Positions 50,137-63,461 of a DNA stretch of 64,000 nt are shown piece by piece. Made by a program: the position numbers and the translations under genes. Numbering within the stretch: position 1 is the first letter of the stretch; every line of letters begins with the position of its first letter. The stretch comes from Octopus sinensis (Eukaryota): NCBI RefSeq assembly GCF_006345805.1, contig NC_043005.1, positions 79,732,001 to 79,796,000 of the forward strand, in the 5' to 3' direction. The notes under the pieces are model-generated. The model was not told the DNA's origin. It searched no databases and saw nothing but the letters and a program-made list of their open reading frames with translations.

Positions 50137-51052
50137 GATATACACACACACATATATGCACATATAAAATTGTTTATTTCTTTGTTACTGTATACATCGT
50201 GTATACGCTTAATTCGAGAATGAATGTAGAGTATAAAATGAACAGGAAGGTACGCTGCTGTGTTGGTGATACTTGATGTCGCTAAAATATGTTCCGTAGC
50301 AATATCCTTGCTTGAAAAGTCTACATCCGTAATGTTTACAATCGTGACGTAGAGTCAAAATATTAGAAAAACATACAAACAAAGAACAACAACAACAACA
50401 ACAACAACTGAATAATACGTTGTGAAGAAATCTCAAGAAACTCAATTAAAGTGTCACATGTATAGCTGTGCGGTTAATAAATTTTCAACGCAATCCGCGG
50501 TTTTGAGATCAATCCTGCATCGTAGCGCTTTAGTCAGAAGTAAATGACGTCTAAAATAAGAAATAGATTTAACGAATGCCTTCTCTTCTGGGTCCTCGAT
50601 GTCTGGTTGAATCGTTAGGGGTGTTATCACGATATACGGTATGTCTTGGTTATATTTTACCCTTGCAGGAGGAGTCCGTCCGTTTTCAGGTCTGACCACA
50701 GCCGATCTCTTTCAGAAAGAGAGACTGGGAGAAATTAAGAGAAATAGAGTGGAAGAAAGATAGAGAAAAGGGAAGCGATATAGAAGGAGAATAAGAGAGT
50801 GATAGAGAAAAAGGTGGAAAGGCGAATTGATGCCTATATTGAATTGGTAGTTTATTTTCGACCCCCAAATTCCTGCAAAGCAATGTTGACTTTAGCATAA
50901 AGACAGATCGATTATTGGAAGGGAATCTTCTGGCATTTTATCCACCCGACCAGTTCGCTGCCCTAAAGGACTTGCATATCCCGCGCTAGGTTTCATATCA
51001 GCCTCTTTCATCCAGAAAGATGGGCAGACAGGAAGTAAATTTGTGTGTGTGT

Positions 51053-51135
<83 letters not shown>

Positions 51136-52192
51136 GAGAGAGAGAGAGAAAGGAAGAATTGATGCTTGTGACGCCAGGTCATAATTGGTACTTTTTTATC
51201 ATTCTTCGATGGATGAAAGACAAAGTTATCATTGGCAATATCTGAAATTAAAAGCAAGACTGAATACCGTAAAGATATCTCTGAGACGTTTTAGAGACTC
51301 GGTCAGTTTCGATACCTCAAAATGCCTTGCGATTTCCTCTCCAGGTCTGACAACAGTTGATTAATTTCGGAGAGACGGACAGAAAGTAAGAGAGGAGAGC
51401 GTGTGAACGTAAAGTAGAAAAGTATTGATGTTGGTACAAAACTGGTACTTTATCAATCCCAAAACGAAGAAAGGCAAAGCTGAACTTGGCGATATTCGGA
51501 AGCAAAGAGCTTTAAGGACTCGGTCCGTTCAATATCTTTTATGCCATGCGTGGAAGACATAATTTAGCAGAAAGAATATATAACGATTGTTGTATCAGTT
51601 AAATAAATACCGGAATGAAAAACAAAATCGCTAGGGTAGAGAAAATTTACAAAAACCCTTCAAGCTTTTGTTGTCACAAAATGGCAGCCGGTGTGAGAAT
51701 GAAATCGAGGGGTAAAATGATACAGGGAATAGTGGCGGGGAAGGAAGGAGGGGCAAAAGTATTAAAATGTAACCCAAATTATATTGAAACTCTGTTGCAA
51801 GAAAGCAATACTGTTTTACAAAATACAAGAAAGCTAAATGCTATCAGTATAGTTTTATATTTCATGCACATTTTCACTAAATGGCGACTATTTTAAAATG
51901 CCTCTACATACGTCTTCGTTATATATATATTTATATATATATATATAACTGTTAGGAGAGAGAAAAAAATGCTTATATTGTTTGTATAATATGATAATGT
52001 AATGCATAATAATGTAATAAATATTGTTTGCATGTAAAAGTGTAAGAAATATGTTATAAAATAACAATATATAGACTGCAATATGTGGTTTGTATTCGAT
52101 TTATTATAGATATTCGTCTTGGAGCATAAAGCGAAATGACCATTTTTATTGTAGTTCTTGGAATCGTAATGTCTGTCTCCTTACTGCCTGTG

Positions 52193-52262
<70 letters not shown>

Positions 52263-52440
52263 ACGTACATTCAAGCAGTTATAGTCGCAAGCTCACATGT
52301 ACGTATATATAAACATATTTACGAATGCGTTTATAAATCACGAATGTGTTTATAAATGTACACATTCCTAAGTGTGTATCTTTGCATATATGTTTGAATA
52401 TACGTATAAACTTCTTATTTTTTCTGTTTATCTATCTATC

Positions 52441-52521
<81 letters not shown>

Positions 52522-52651
52522 CGTCTAATTTCCTACCTGTAGATATACACATAAGTGTGTGTTTGTGTGTGTATATAAGTATTTATGTATGTATGAATAC
52601 AGACACATTACATATAGCTACATATATATTTATACACAACATACATACACT

Positions 52652-52743
<92 letters not shown>

Positions 52744-52780
52744 CATATATTGGAAGGTTTGGAGATGATGTACAGGTATT

Positions 52781-53059
52781 ATATATTAGAAAAAATGAGG
52801 TAATCAAAAGATCGGATGGTTTATATTTAAAGATATTTACCTATATATTACGTTTTTTACATATATATCATATCACTTAGATCATTAGCGGTTTCTCCCA
52901 TTCTAGTGGGGTTTTCAAATGAAAAAACCCCACTAGAATGGGAGAAAGCGCTAATGATCTAAGTGATATGATATATATGTAAAAAAACGTAATATATAGA
53001 TAAATATCTTTAAATATAAACCATCCGATCTTCTGATTACCTCATTTCTTCTAATATAT
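52781..53059. repeat. Near-perfect palindrome, ~135-bp arms, 6-bp loop
   Basis: 52781-52915 versus 52922-53059: about four substitutions plus short A/T-run indels. Confidence 0.95.
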
Positions 53060-53068
53060 ATATATATT

Positions 53069-53111
<43 letters not shown>

Positions 53112-53351
53112 TGATAGATAGATAGATAGATAGATACATTGATAGATGCTAGTATGTATGTATGTATGTATGCATGTATAGACACACGCACACTAATTCT
53201 TCAGACATTTGCCTTGAGAACCCGTCGTTAGTATCTTTGGAATCTGTTTATTTTGTCTTCATAAATACAGAATTGTACAGTTCTTTGTGAAAATATTTAT
53301 TTATTTTTTTACCTATTAATACGTTCAAAGCCTATTATGTGCCAATCTGAT

Positions 53352-53354
53352 ACA

Positions 53355-53433
<79 letters not shown>

Positions 53434-53437
53434 ATAC

Positions 53438-53497
<60 letters not shown>

Positions 53498-53663
53498 GCT
53501 GCTGCTGCTGCTGCTGCTGATACTCCTTCTACTACTACTACTACTACAACTACTGCTACTGCTGATACTCCTTCTACTACTACTACTACTACTTCTTCTT
53601 CTTCTGCTGCTGCTGCTGCTACTACTACTACTACTACTACACTACTACTACTACTACTACTAC

Positions 53664-53701
<38 letters not shown>

Positions 53702-53705
53702 CTAA
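53352..53705. repeat. Compound (ACT)n/(GCT)n/(AAT)n microsatellite
   Basis: Direct inspection. Confidence 0.95.
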
Positions 53706-54213
53706 TAGTATTACCACTATCACCAACTCCAGGTGCAGTAGTAGTAATAATAGCGGAGGAGGTGGGAAGGCGGAGGTAGAGGAACAGTTTTGAATTTAGG
53801 CCCAACGCCAAGAATTTTCAGGAAAATGGGGTAGTCGATTCCATTGATCCTAGTGCTAGACTATTACGTATTTCATCGATACCGAAAGGAAGAAATATAA
53901 AACTGCTTTCGTCGCATAATGGATTCAGAATGCAAAAAGAGAGAAGAAAATAGGAGCATGAATATTTACGAAGAGGGTGTGTTAGTCAATTGTATCAACC
54001 CCAATTATGACTGGCACGTTATTTTATCAACTATGACATAATGAAAGACAAACGTGACCTCGGTGGTATTTGACCTCAGAACGTAAATTCAAGTGCCACA
54101 ACGAAAATGGGATGAAAGTGTTTAACCATCTTCTAAGTAAATGGAGCAAGCTCACCCCAAAAACTTTGGTCTTCGCGTGTCGTTAGCACTAGCAAATTCA
54201 CTTTGACTCTACT

Positions 54214-54523
54214 GTCGTGGAAGTGTCATCCAACCAAAATGCAAATATATGGGAAACTACCACCTGTGTCATCTCTTGTGAAAGGTAGGAGAGTCCAGTT
54301 TGCTGGACATTGTTGTAGAGCTGAAAAAGAAGTAATTTCTCCTCTTCTCCTCTGGACGCCATGTACTCGCAATACCAGAGGGCACACACTCTCCTACCCT
54401 GATGTAATCTCCAGGGATACAGGCATCCAGCAACAGGACCTCCGTAATGCCATGATGGACCGTGAAGTCTGGCGTAGCATGGTAAATTCCATTGTCTCGA
54501 CCACGGTCGAACAATGATGATGA
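54214..54523 (+). mobile_element. 5'-truncated RTE-clade LINE with 11-bp target-site duplication
   Basis: SWKCHPTKMQIYGKLPPVSSLVKGRRVQFAGHCCRAEKEVISPLLLW...DTGIQQQDLRNAMMDREVWRSMV...EQ*; (TGA)n tail; ttgactctact at 54203-54213 and 54524-54534. Confidence 0.92.
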
Positions 54524-54692
54524 TTGACTCTACTCCCTGCTAACAATATCTTCTTATCAGCTCTGCTTTAATTATTCGCCTATCTATCAATGTTAAAGTG
54601 ACAGCCAGCTACCGATCCACATCTTTTCCAATGTCTGCTGCACTTGTCTTCTCGTTATACTAGGGCACAATGTGTGGGCAGATATATATATA

Positions 54693-54893
54693 TTCAAAAT
54701 GTGACCGCGTGTGTACCGTTGGCGATTTTTCCCTTGTTTGGATCTTTCCTTTTCCTATGTTTCTGATGAAGAGCTCCGCTCGAAACGTTAAATCCTCCTT
54801 CTTTCTTTCTTTTCCTGAGCGTCCAATAACACTATACTTGTTCGACGTCCTCGCGTTGTTGTTTTCTCTTTGTGTTTTCATGTTTGGATTAAC

Positions 54894-54930
<37 letters not shown>

Positions 54931-55139
54931 CCTCAGTCCAAACAAGAACAAGCAAGAAAAAAACAACAACGTGAGGACGTAGTACAAGTACTGTGTTACT
55001 GGACGCTCAGGAAAGGGAAGAAAAGAAAGAGGATTATACGTTTCGAGCGGAGCTCGTCATCAGAAATATAGAAAATGTCCAAAGAAGGGAAGACGGAGAG
55101 AGAAAATTGCTAACGCTACACACGCAGTCACATATTGAA
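54693..55139. mobile_element. Inverted pair of the hammerhead-bearing ~205-bp repeat centred on (TA)n
   Basis: 54693-54894 (+) and ~54935-55139 (-), each containing ctgatga.gagctccgctcgaaacgt. Confidence 0.85.
54759..54793 (+). ncRNA. Minimal type I hammerhead motif with intact core
   Basis: gttt-CTGATGA-a-gagc-tcc-gctc-GAAAC-gtt-aaat. Stem III is the self-complementary AACGTT. Confidence 0.65.
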
Positions 55140-55934
55140 AAGCATTAAGTTAAGCAGCGGTTCAGTAATGTATTAACCTCATCGAAAAGGAAAAACTACA
55201 ATTGTCATTAAATGTGACGGGCAGACTTAGAACACCTACAATATCAACGTACATGCGAAGTGACAGCAGCCGTAAACGCCCGAAAGTGGCAGTCGTAATA
55301 TACACATACCGTCGACGGTTTTGGCTTTAACTTCCAAGCCTCTTCAGTAGGGTCGGCACAATTCACCACACTCCGAATAAGATCGCCATCGATAAATATG
55401 TCTGTTCTATAGAAATTTGTGGATGATTTAGCGAATCGCTAATGTGTACAGAAATGATTAAATTAGGCAATGTATCACCAAAAAAGGAAAAGTATAATTG
55501 TTATTTAATATGATAGACGGTGTTAGAAGATCTACAATGCTAAAAATAAGAGATATATATGATTGAGAAAAATGGAAGTTATATATGTCTTCATTGATCA
55601 TTACAATTATTTCAACCCATTTAGTATTGATTCCGCGCGTGTCGGATACTCATTTAGGTGTATCCCCCTCTGTAGATGTGCCTCCTCAAGTGATTGCTAG
55701 AGGTATCTCGTTAAAGCAAACTCTGTTTCGTAAGATTTCTTCTTGGCATTTGTATATAGAAATAGGAAATTAAGGTATATAGCTTCATTCTTATTGAAGA
55801 TCCATTACAAATATCAGATACAAAAATACGTATTATACAAGCATTGAAAAGGAATTGAAGGCCTTGAGTTTCCTTTTCCTAGAAGAAGTAAAAGCGCATG
55901 ATAATATCGTTCAGTATATAAAACAACATTAAGT

Positions 55935-56120
55935 CAGCAAACTGGCAGAATCGTTAGCACGCCGGGGAAAAAAAGCTTAGCGCCATTTCGTCAGCATTTA
56001 TGCTCTGAGTTCAAACGCCACCGAGGTCAGATTTACAGTTCATTCTTTCTAGGATCGATATAATTAACTTACCCTCCACTACAGAAATTGCTGGCCTTGT
56101 GCCAAAATTTGAAACCAATA
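55935..56120 (+). mobile_element. SINE family A, diverged
   Basis: gtcagcaaactggcagaatcgttagcacgccggg...gagttcaaacgccaccgaggtc. Confidence 0.75.
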
Positions 56121-56509
56121 TAAAATGCAATATTGAAAACATCGATTTTTTTTCCTCGTGAAAATGTGTATAAAAATATGTCTCAATCCAAATCGTAATA
56201 TCTGCATTTTTCTTGCGTTTCAAAACACAGACACTAACACACACACACACACACACACACCACACACACACACACTCACACAGAGATTCATCCATGCATA
56301 TGTCCATAAATATACATATATGCACGTATTTAAAACGGCCAATCTTCATATGTGTATGACGCATTGTTTCTTAAATACATATATATTTTGCTCTATGTAT
56401 TTCTTCTATTATATTCTTTATGATCTAGATTAAATAAAAAAAGACAACACAAAAATATTTCAAGAGCTCCGAAAATGCGCAGATACACTCACATATGTAT
56501 GTATGTATG

Positions 56510-56543
<34 letters not shown>

Positions 56544-56860
56544 TGTAGTATGTATGTATGTATGTATGATGCATGCATGCATGTATGTATGTATGTGCAT
56601 ATATATATGTATAGTGTGTATATATATCTATATACATATGCATATGTATTTATGTACATATATGTATATATATATGCATATGTATATATATATGTATATG
56701 TATATATATGTATATATGTATATATATATATATATATACATATGTATGTATATGTATATGTATATGTGTATATGCATATGTATACGTATTTAGGTATATG
56801 TTTATATGCATATATATATATATGTATATATGTATATATGTATATCTATATATGTATGTA

Positions 56861-56954
<94 letters not shown>

Positions 56955-57309
56955 GTGTGTGTGTGTATGTGTGTGAGTATAGTATATATATATATATGTA
57001 TATGTTTTGGTATATATATACATATATACTTGGAGAGAGGAAATGAACAAGGAAGACAGGGAGAGATAAAGGGAACGATGGAGCTATGGAGAGAGAGAGA
57101 AAGAACAAATCGCTTCATGACCTGCTAGAACATAAACTGAAAGAAGTCATTACAATAGGTACAAAAGGAACCATATAGCAGAGTCTATACAGAGATTTGT
57201 AAATGTTTGCCCAAAAGAAAAAAAGGAAATATAGACACAAAACCATAACAACTATAACACTAATACTAAAACTAATAATAATAATACCAAGAATGATAAT
57301 GATTATAGC

Positions 57310-57374
<65 letters not shown>

Positions 57375-57390
57375 TAATAATAATAATAAC

Positions 57391-57436
<46 letters not shown>

Positions 57437-57992
57437 GCAAGGCAATTAGATGCGAGACACAGTCATCGAATACTTGCAAACATGATTAATGATCTTTATA
57501 CAGTGTACCCAATTGAAGAAAGCAGTCAGTTAATATTTGTCTATATATCTTTGTGAAAAGAGCAGCAACGATTCAGTTTCTAAGAGAGTGGTGCATGATA
57601 AAAATAGAGTGGTGGTTTAGATTGCGGACTGAAGAAAGATAAAAAAAAACATGGCGGCGGAGTAAGGGTGTAGAGGTTAGTCGGCTGGTTGGTCGGTGGG
57701 TTGATAGGAACGCGTGTAAGGACAAATTGGCCGAGTATCAAAAACATTCCTTCAACAGTAGAATGACAGTTGTATGTGTATTTATCGATGTATTTTTGTG
57801 TGCATGTATGTGTGTATAGATATACGTCTGTGTGTTTGAATCTGTGCTTGCATGTCTTAGAATACATATATATATATATATGGGGATATAGTTGATGTGT
57901 ATATGTATATATCTATATCAGTTTATCTCTCTCACTCTCTCGTTCTCCCGCCTCTCTCTCGCTTTATAAATCAATCTATCTACCTATCAATG

Positions 57993-58055
<63 letters not shown>

Positions 58056-58279
58056 ATCTATCTATCTATCAATCTATCTATTTATTTAGGTATCTTTCCG
58101 TATACTTATATGCGCATTTCTCTAAACACGCATATGTGCATGGTGTGTTTGTGTGTGTCTGTGTGTGTGCGTCTGTGTATGTGAATATGTATATATGTAT
58201 GTATATTTAAATATAGTTACACATGTATATATACATACATATAAATACTTATATATATATTTATATAGATATATTATAT

Positions 58280-58310
<31 letters not shown>

Positions 58311-58906
58311 GATTTATACATATATATTATATAAATACACACATATATACACGCACACATCTATATATATATACGCATATATATGCATATATATACGTAT
58401 GTATTTATATATATATACGTATATATATATCAATATCTTTAAATATATACTTATATATACATAAATGTAAGCATATATATATAAATACACACACAAACAT
58501 ACACATACATACATATATATACACACATACATATTGTTTTTCTCTTATTGGTTATGTGTTCTTCACAATATTCGCAAAGATTTCATCTTCTAGAGAAATG
58601 TCCTTGATAGATTTTGTTTACATAATGCACTCACGCACACACACACACACGCTCACAAATGTGATCGCATACAGCGATATATAAGTGTGTGTGTGTACGT
58701 TATATAGTATAGATAATATTCGTTTTATATATATTATACATATATGTATAAATATGTGTGTGTATATTCATATACACACATATTTGTAAACACACGGAGA
58801 TCATATATATACAAATACAGAGAGCAACAGAAACATTGCTTGAGAATTCGATAGAGAGAATTAAATAGATCGACAGATAGACAGACTGGTATTTTAGTTA
58901 GTTAGT

Positions 58907-58914
<8 letters not shown>

Positions 58915-58984
<70 letters not shown>

Positions 58985-58993
58985 GATAGATAG

Positions 58994-59066
<73 letters not shown>

Positions 59067-59155
59067 CACACACAAACAGACAGACATATTTGGTGCTATT
59101 AATTTAGACATGGCCTGGACCAAATTTTTGGTCGAAACATATCTAAATTTATATA

Positions 59156-59242
<87 letters not shown>

Positions 59243-59243
59243 A

Positions 59244-59323
<80 letters not shown>

Positions 59324-59330
59324 CAGACAG
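58915..59330. repeat. (GATA)n, (TA)n and (GA)n microsatellite blocks
   Basis: Direct inspection. Similar blocks at 52430-52520, 56490-56950, 57310-57437 (AAT) and 63310-63520. Confidence 0.95.
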
Positions 59331-59951
59331 ATAACCGATAGATTATCTTGTCTTGTCTTTCTCTATATACATGATTAGGTTCGCATATAACGTTCATTTC
59401 CTTTGCACATGTTATATCTAAAGATCACTTGATTGCCTTCATATTTAGTTAAGAATTTGTTGGTTTAAGGAATTTCTCCATTCCTCCAAAGGGATGAGCA
59501 ATTCCTCAGAGTTTAGAGATTTTGAAGACCCTGTTTAATAAGGGATTACAAGTACGCATTTAGTCATCGATCTAATCTCCTCTCTCTCTCTCTCTATTTC
59601 TTTCTCCCTCCCTCTCTCACTTCATATATATATATATATTGCCGTAATTTGACTTGCATAAGTAACCCTTTTTTGTCAAAAATTAGGTTTAAAAATATTG
59701 GAGTTTCTCATACAATATCCAGTTGGGGAGTTCTTATACACGAGTGTTCAATATACACGTTAAAATACGGTATGTGTATGTATGTATGTATGTATGTATG
59801 TATGTATGTATGTATGTATGCATGTATATATATATATATATATATAATATATATATATATAACATCATGGATACTATATCCAGTTAGGGAGTTCTTATAC
59901 ACAAGGGTTCATTATACACGTTAAAATACGATATGGTATGTGTATATATAT

Positions 59952-60014
<63 letters not shown>

Positions 60015-60021
60015 AATATTA

Positions 60022-60061
<40 letters not shown>

Positions 60062-60100
60062 CGTATGTATGTATGTACGTATGTATATATACATATATGG

Positions 60101-60404
60101 GTACAGGACGTCACAAAGCGTACACTTCTCGAAATACGAAAGCAACATGAAATGAGAAAACATGCAATATGAACTTTTATATGAGAACAACGAAAGAAAC
60201 AAATGGAAAAGAACAAAAGTAACATATAGAACGACCCTCCATCAGTTTTCGGCTGTTCATTTACTCCACACTTCGAGCAGATGAAGGGTCGTTCTTTATG
60301 TTACTTGTCTTGTTTTCCATTTGTTTCTTTCATTGTTCGCCTACAAACGTTCGTATTCCATATTTTCGTATTTCATGTTGTTTGCGTTTTGTCCCGTACT
60401 GTAC
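60101..60404. repeat. Diverged fold-back element, ~140-bp arms, 32-bp spacer
   Basis: ...aacatatagaacgaccctccatcag (to 60245) pairs with cagatgaagggtcgttctttatgtt (from 60278). Related in architecture to 2575-2820 and 18648-18860. Confidence 0.75.
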
Positions 60405-60419
60405 CAATTTATACATATA

Positions 60420-60716
60420 TTTGGTAGACGGAAATTGAAAGAAGCGCGTCGTATATATGTATATATATATATTATGTGTGTGTGTGTGGTGTGTGTGTGT
60501 GTGTGTATGTTTGTGTGTCTGTATTTGTTCCCCTAACATCGCTTGACAACAGATGCTGATATGTTTACGTCCCAGTAACTTAGCGGTTCGGCAAAAGAGA
60601 CCGATAGAATAAGTACTAGGCTTACAAAGAATAAGTCCTAGGGTCGATTTGCTCGACTAAAGGCGTTGCTGCAGCATGACCGCATTCAAATGACTCAAAC
60701 AAGTAAAAGAGTAAAA
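60420..60716 (+). mobile_element. SINE family B, 5'-truncated
   Basis: ttggtagacggaaattgaaagaagc...gtaaaagagtaaaa. Confidence 0.88.
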
Positions 60717-61658
60717 AAGAGACAGAGTCAGTCACATCAAAACAGGAAATTTATATACTACAACTAGGGGTGGACACTGGTGGTTTGATATCAGATAGGT
60801 CAAGTCACTTCCCTTGTAGTATCCACGTGAATCAAACTAAGAGTAATATATTAGAGAATTATGTATTAGGTATTATATAATATATAATATATTATATTAT
60901 ATAACATATATATTATATAAGATATATATATTTCATACTAGATAATCAGAAAATGGAGAAAACTTTTGACTAACAAAGAAACCCATAAGTATTTCCCTAG
61001 ATCACTGTTAGTTCATTATTTTGCCTATCGACGTCAAGCTCCACGCTGCAAGATGGCATGATTTTAATATAGAGAGCCTTCCAGCCTTATCTCCAGGCCC
61101 TCTTCTTTCCTCATCCCCCTTCTCATCGTTTATTTTATGCATTTCTATTCACTCTGATGAAGCTCCATGTACTAGGTCGAATGTGCTATGAATTTCTTTT
61201 CGGAATTTCTTTCGTAATCACCGACTAACATTGGAAGCGGAAACGACCGTAAGAATGTTAGGCCATGTTTCGTATTAAAAAATAGCCGATGTTGATCAAT
61301 TTGTTATCTTTATTTTCTGATTATTAAATTTGATTCCTGATAAACTTTTATTCTGTTGTTAGCTGTACCCTATGAGCATAGTGTACCTGCATACCCATGT
61401 CCAAGGAATACCACAGTTACATTGTTACATTGCTTTGCGGAGAATGTTTTTTTTTTTGTTTTCTTGGGAAAGATATTGTCTCTGTCTCTAAAAAATGTCT
61501 GTGTATTGCGTTGAGTCAAAAGGTTTGCAATACTTTGGTAACTTTTTCGCCTTATTCGTTACGTTACAACCAAAACAACCTGGCGTTAAAAGTAGAGGCC
61601 ATCATGTTGTCCCTTCTAAAACCACCTTTCTACCAGTTCTTTGATCCGAGTCTGCTGC

Positions 61659-61990
61659 CAGTTCTTGCCGTCACTGAAGTTTCAGCCTTCCTCTTGGTTG
61701 ATTACGCGTCGTGCCCGCAAAATAACGAGAAGTCAAAATCCGCGGGAGATATTTTTCCACAATCCTGACGTGCAGGGGCGGTGGTTAAGCAAGGACCAAC
61801 TTCCAGAAACTGTTAAACACGGTTATTTCGAACTCAAGGTACTGCCCTGTCTCTGGTAACGAAATAATTCACTATGGGTTCGTCCAGAACGGTCTAACAC
61901 TGAACAGCTGGAACAGATCTTTGTCACTGTGCGGCAAAAATAATCGGCATTGGTTAATAGAAGGCGAGTTCTTCTGCACGACCCAGAATG
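61659..61990 (+). pseudogene. Mariner-type transposase remnant
   Basis: Frameshifted frames give QPSSWLIT...FFHNPDVQGRWLSKDQLPETVKHGYFELKVLPCLW / GNEIIHYGFVQNGLT / EQLEQIFVTVRQK*SALVNRRRVLLH. These match mariner motifs (QPFLxRLITGDEKW..QWL..KVxLCVWW..GIIHY..EQL..ALVNRxxVxLxHDN). Confidence 0.8.
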
Positions 61991-62078
61991 CACTCCAGGA
62001 ACACTCACACGCACAGACACACACAAGCATGCACACGAAGCAGAAGTACACACATACCAGCACGCACACACGCACACG

Positions 62079-62700
62079 GATAACCCCGAGAACAAAGAAA
62101 TAAGAACCCGCAGGATGGTAGAATCATAGCCCCTCATAATAAAAAAGGAGAACTTGTGAAATGTTCCAGGGAAGACCTCAATAAAATGTAAATACAACAG
62201 ACCTCATATAATAATTTGAGATAGAGAAGAGAAACGGTGTACAGTTGTGGAAATTAGTTACCCAGCGCATGTTAACATAAATCTGCAGTTACTCTACCCA
62301 GATTACAGGTTCAGGTTTATACGTGTAATTTTTTGGGCCCTGAGGTATGTAACACGCTGCCTAAATATCAATCCTGAGAAATTAGGCTTCTCAAAGCCAG
62401 AAAGGAGAAAGACTACAGATCCAATCATTCACTGGAACTGTAAAAATCTACAAAACTCTCCAGAAGTTTATCATTTACATATATATGACCATGTGTAGAT
62501 ATGTAAGTATATGCATGAGTAGACATACATAAAGCAGACCATACAAATCTGCAAGAAGGAGCCTTGAATATAGATTAAAAACCGGCTCTTTCTCTTTTGG
62601 CAAGAACACTTGAAATAAAACCGAACGACATATCTACATATATGCATACTTACACCGGAACCTTGTTGCCGTACCACTAGGTTACGATTTCAAACCCCTG
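62079..62700 (+). mobile_element. R4/Dong-like (REL-endonuclease) non-LTR retrotransposon 3' end
   Basis: DNPENKEIRT...NVPGKTSIKCKYNRPHIII*DREEKRCTVVEISYPAHVNI / LQLLYPDYRFRFIRVIFWALRYVTRCLNINPEKLGFSKPERRK / IQSFTGTVKIYKTLQKFII. Shows the RPDIxxxD, VEISxP and IPVxxGALG pattern of PD-(D/E)xK REL domains. The 3' boundary is approximate. Confidence 0.78.
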
Positions 62701-63360
62701 ATAGACAAATACAAACACACATACACACAAAATTACACACGCGCAAACACACATGCACACATACACACACACATATATATGTATATACATATACACATAT
62801 CATGCCAACACGTAGACATTCGCCTGCATACTCACAAACACAATACTGAGTAACACGTCTCGCCTTATGTGACACACTAGATAAATGTATACGTGTCGAC
62901 AAATTTCGTAGCCTGAGAATAAATGAGTAACCTTGATGTTTATCATTACTAAACATACGGTCTTTAATGTTTTATTATTAGAGTTTATTATTCGGTCTAA
63001 TTACTCCTTTCCAGAACACCAACAGGGAAGCCAATAATTTCACAACTGGCTGCCGTCAAAATATAGCAAGACATATGTACTTTTAAAATATGTATATGCT
63101 AAGAATTAAAGAAAGTCAGAAATCAATGTGTGTGTGCATGTACGTATGTATCTATCTATAAGTAATATAATCGAAATATGTTTTATGTTATCTATACAAT
63201 TTGACCTAATTCACATGCCAAAGCTTAGTGTACGCGAAAATCAACTGTAAATATTGCTTGGCGTATGTGCAAATATACATATGTATAAATGTATGTATGT
63301 ATATCTATATAGAAATATATATGTAATATATAGGTATATATATGCATATATATGCATGTG

Positions 63361-63461
<101 letters not shown>

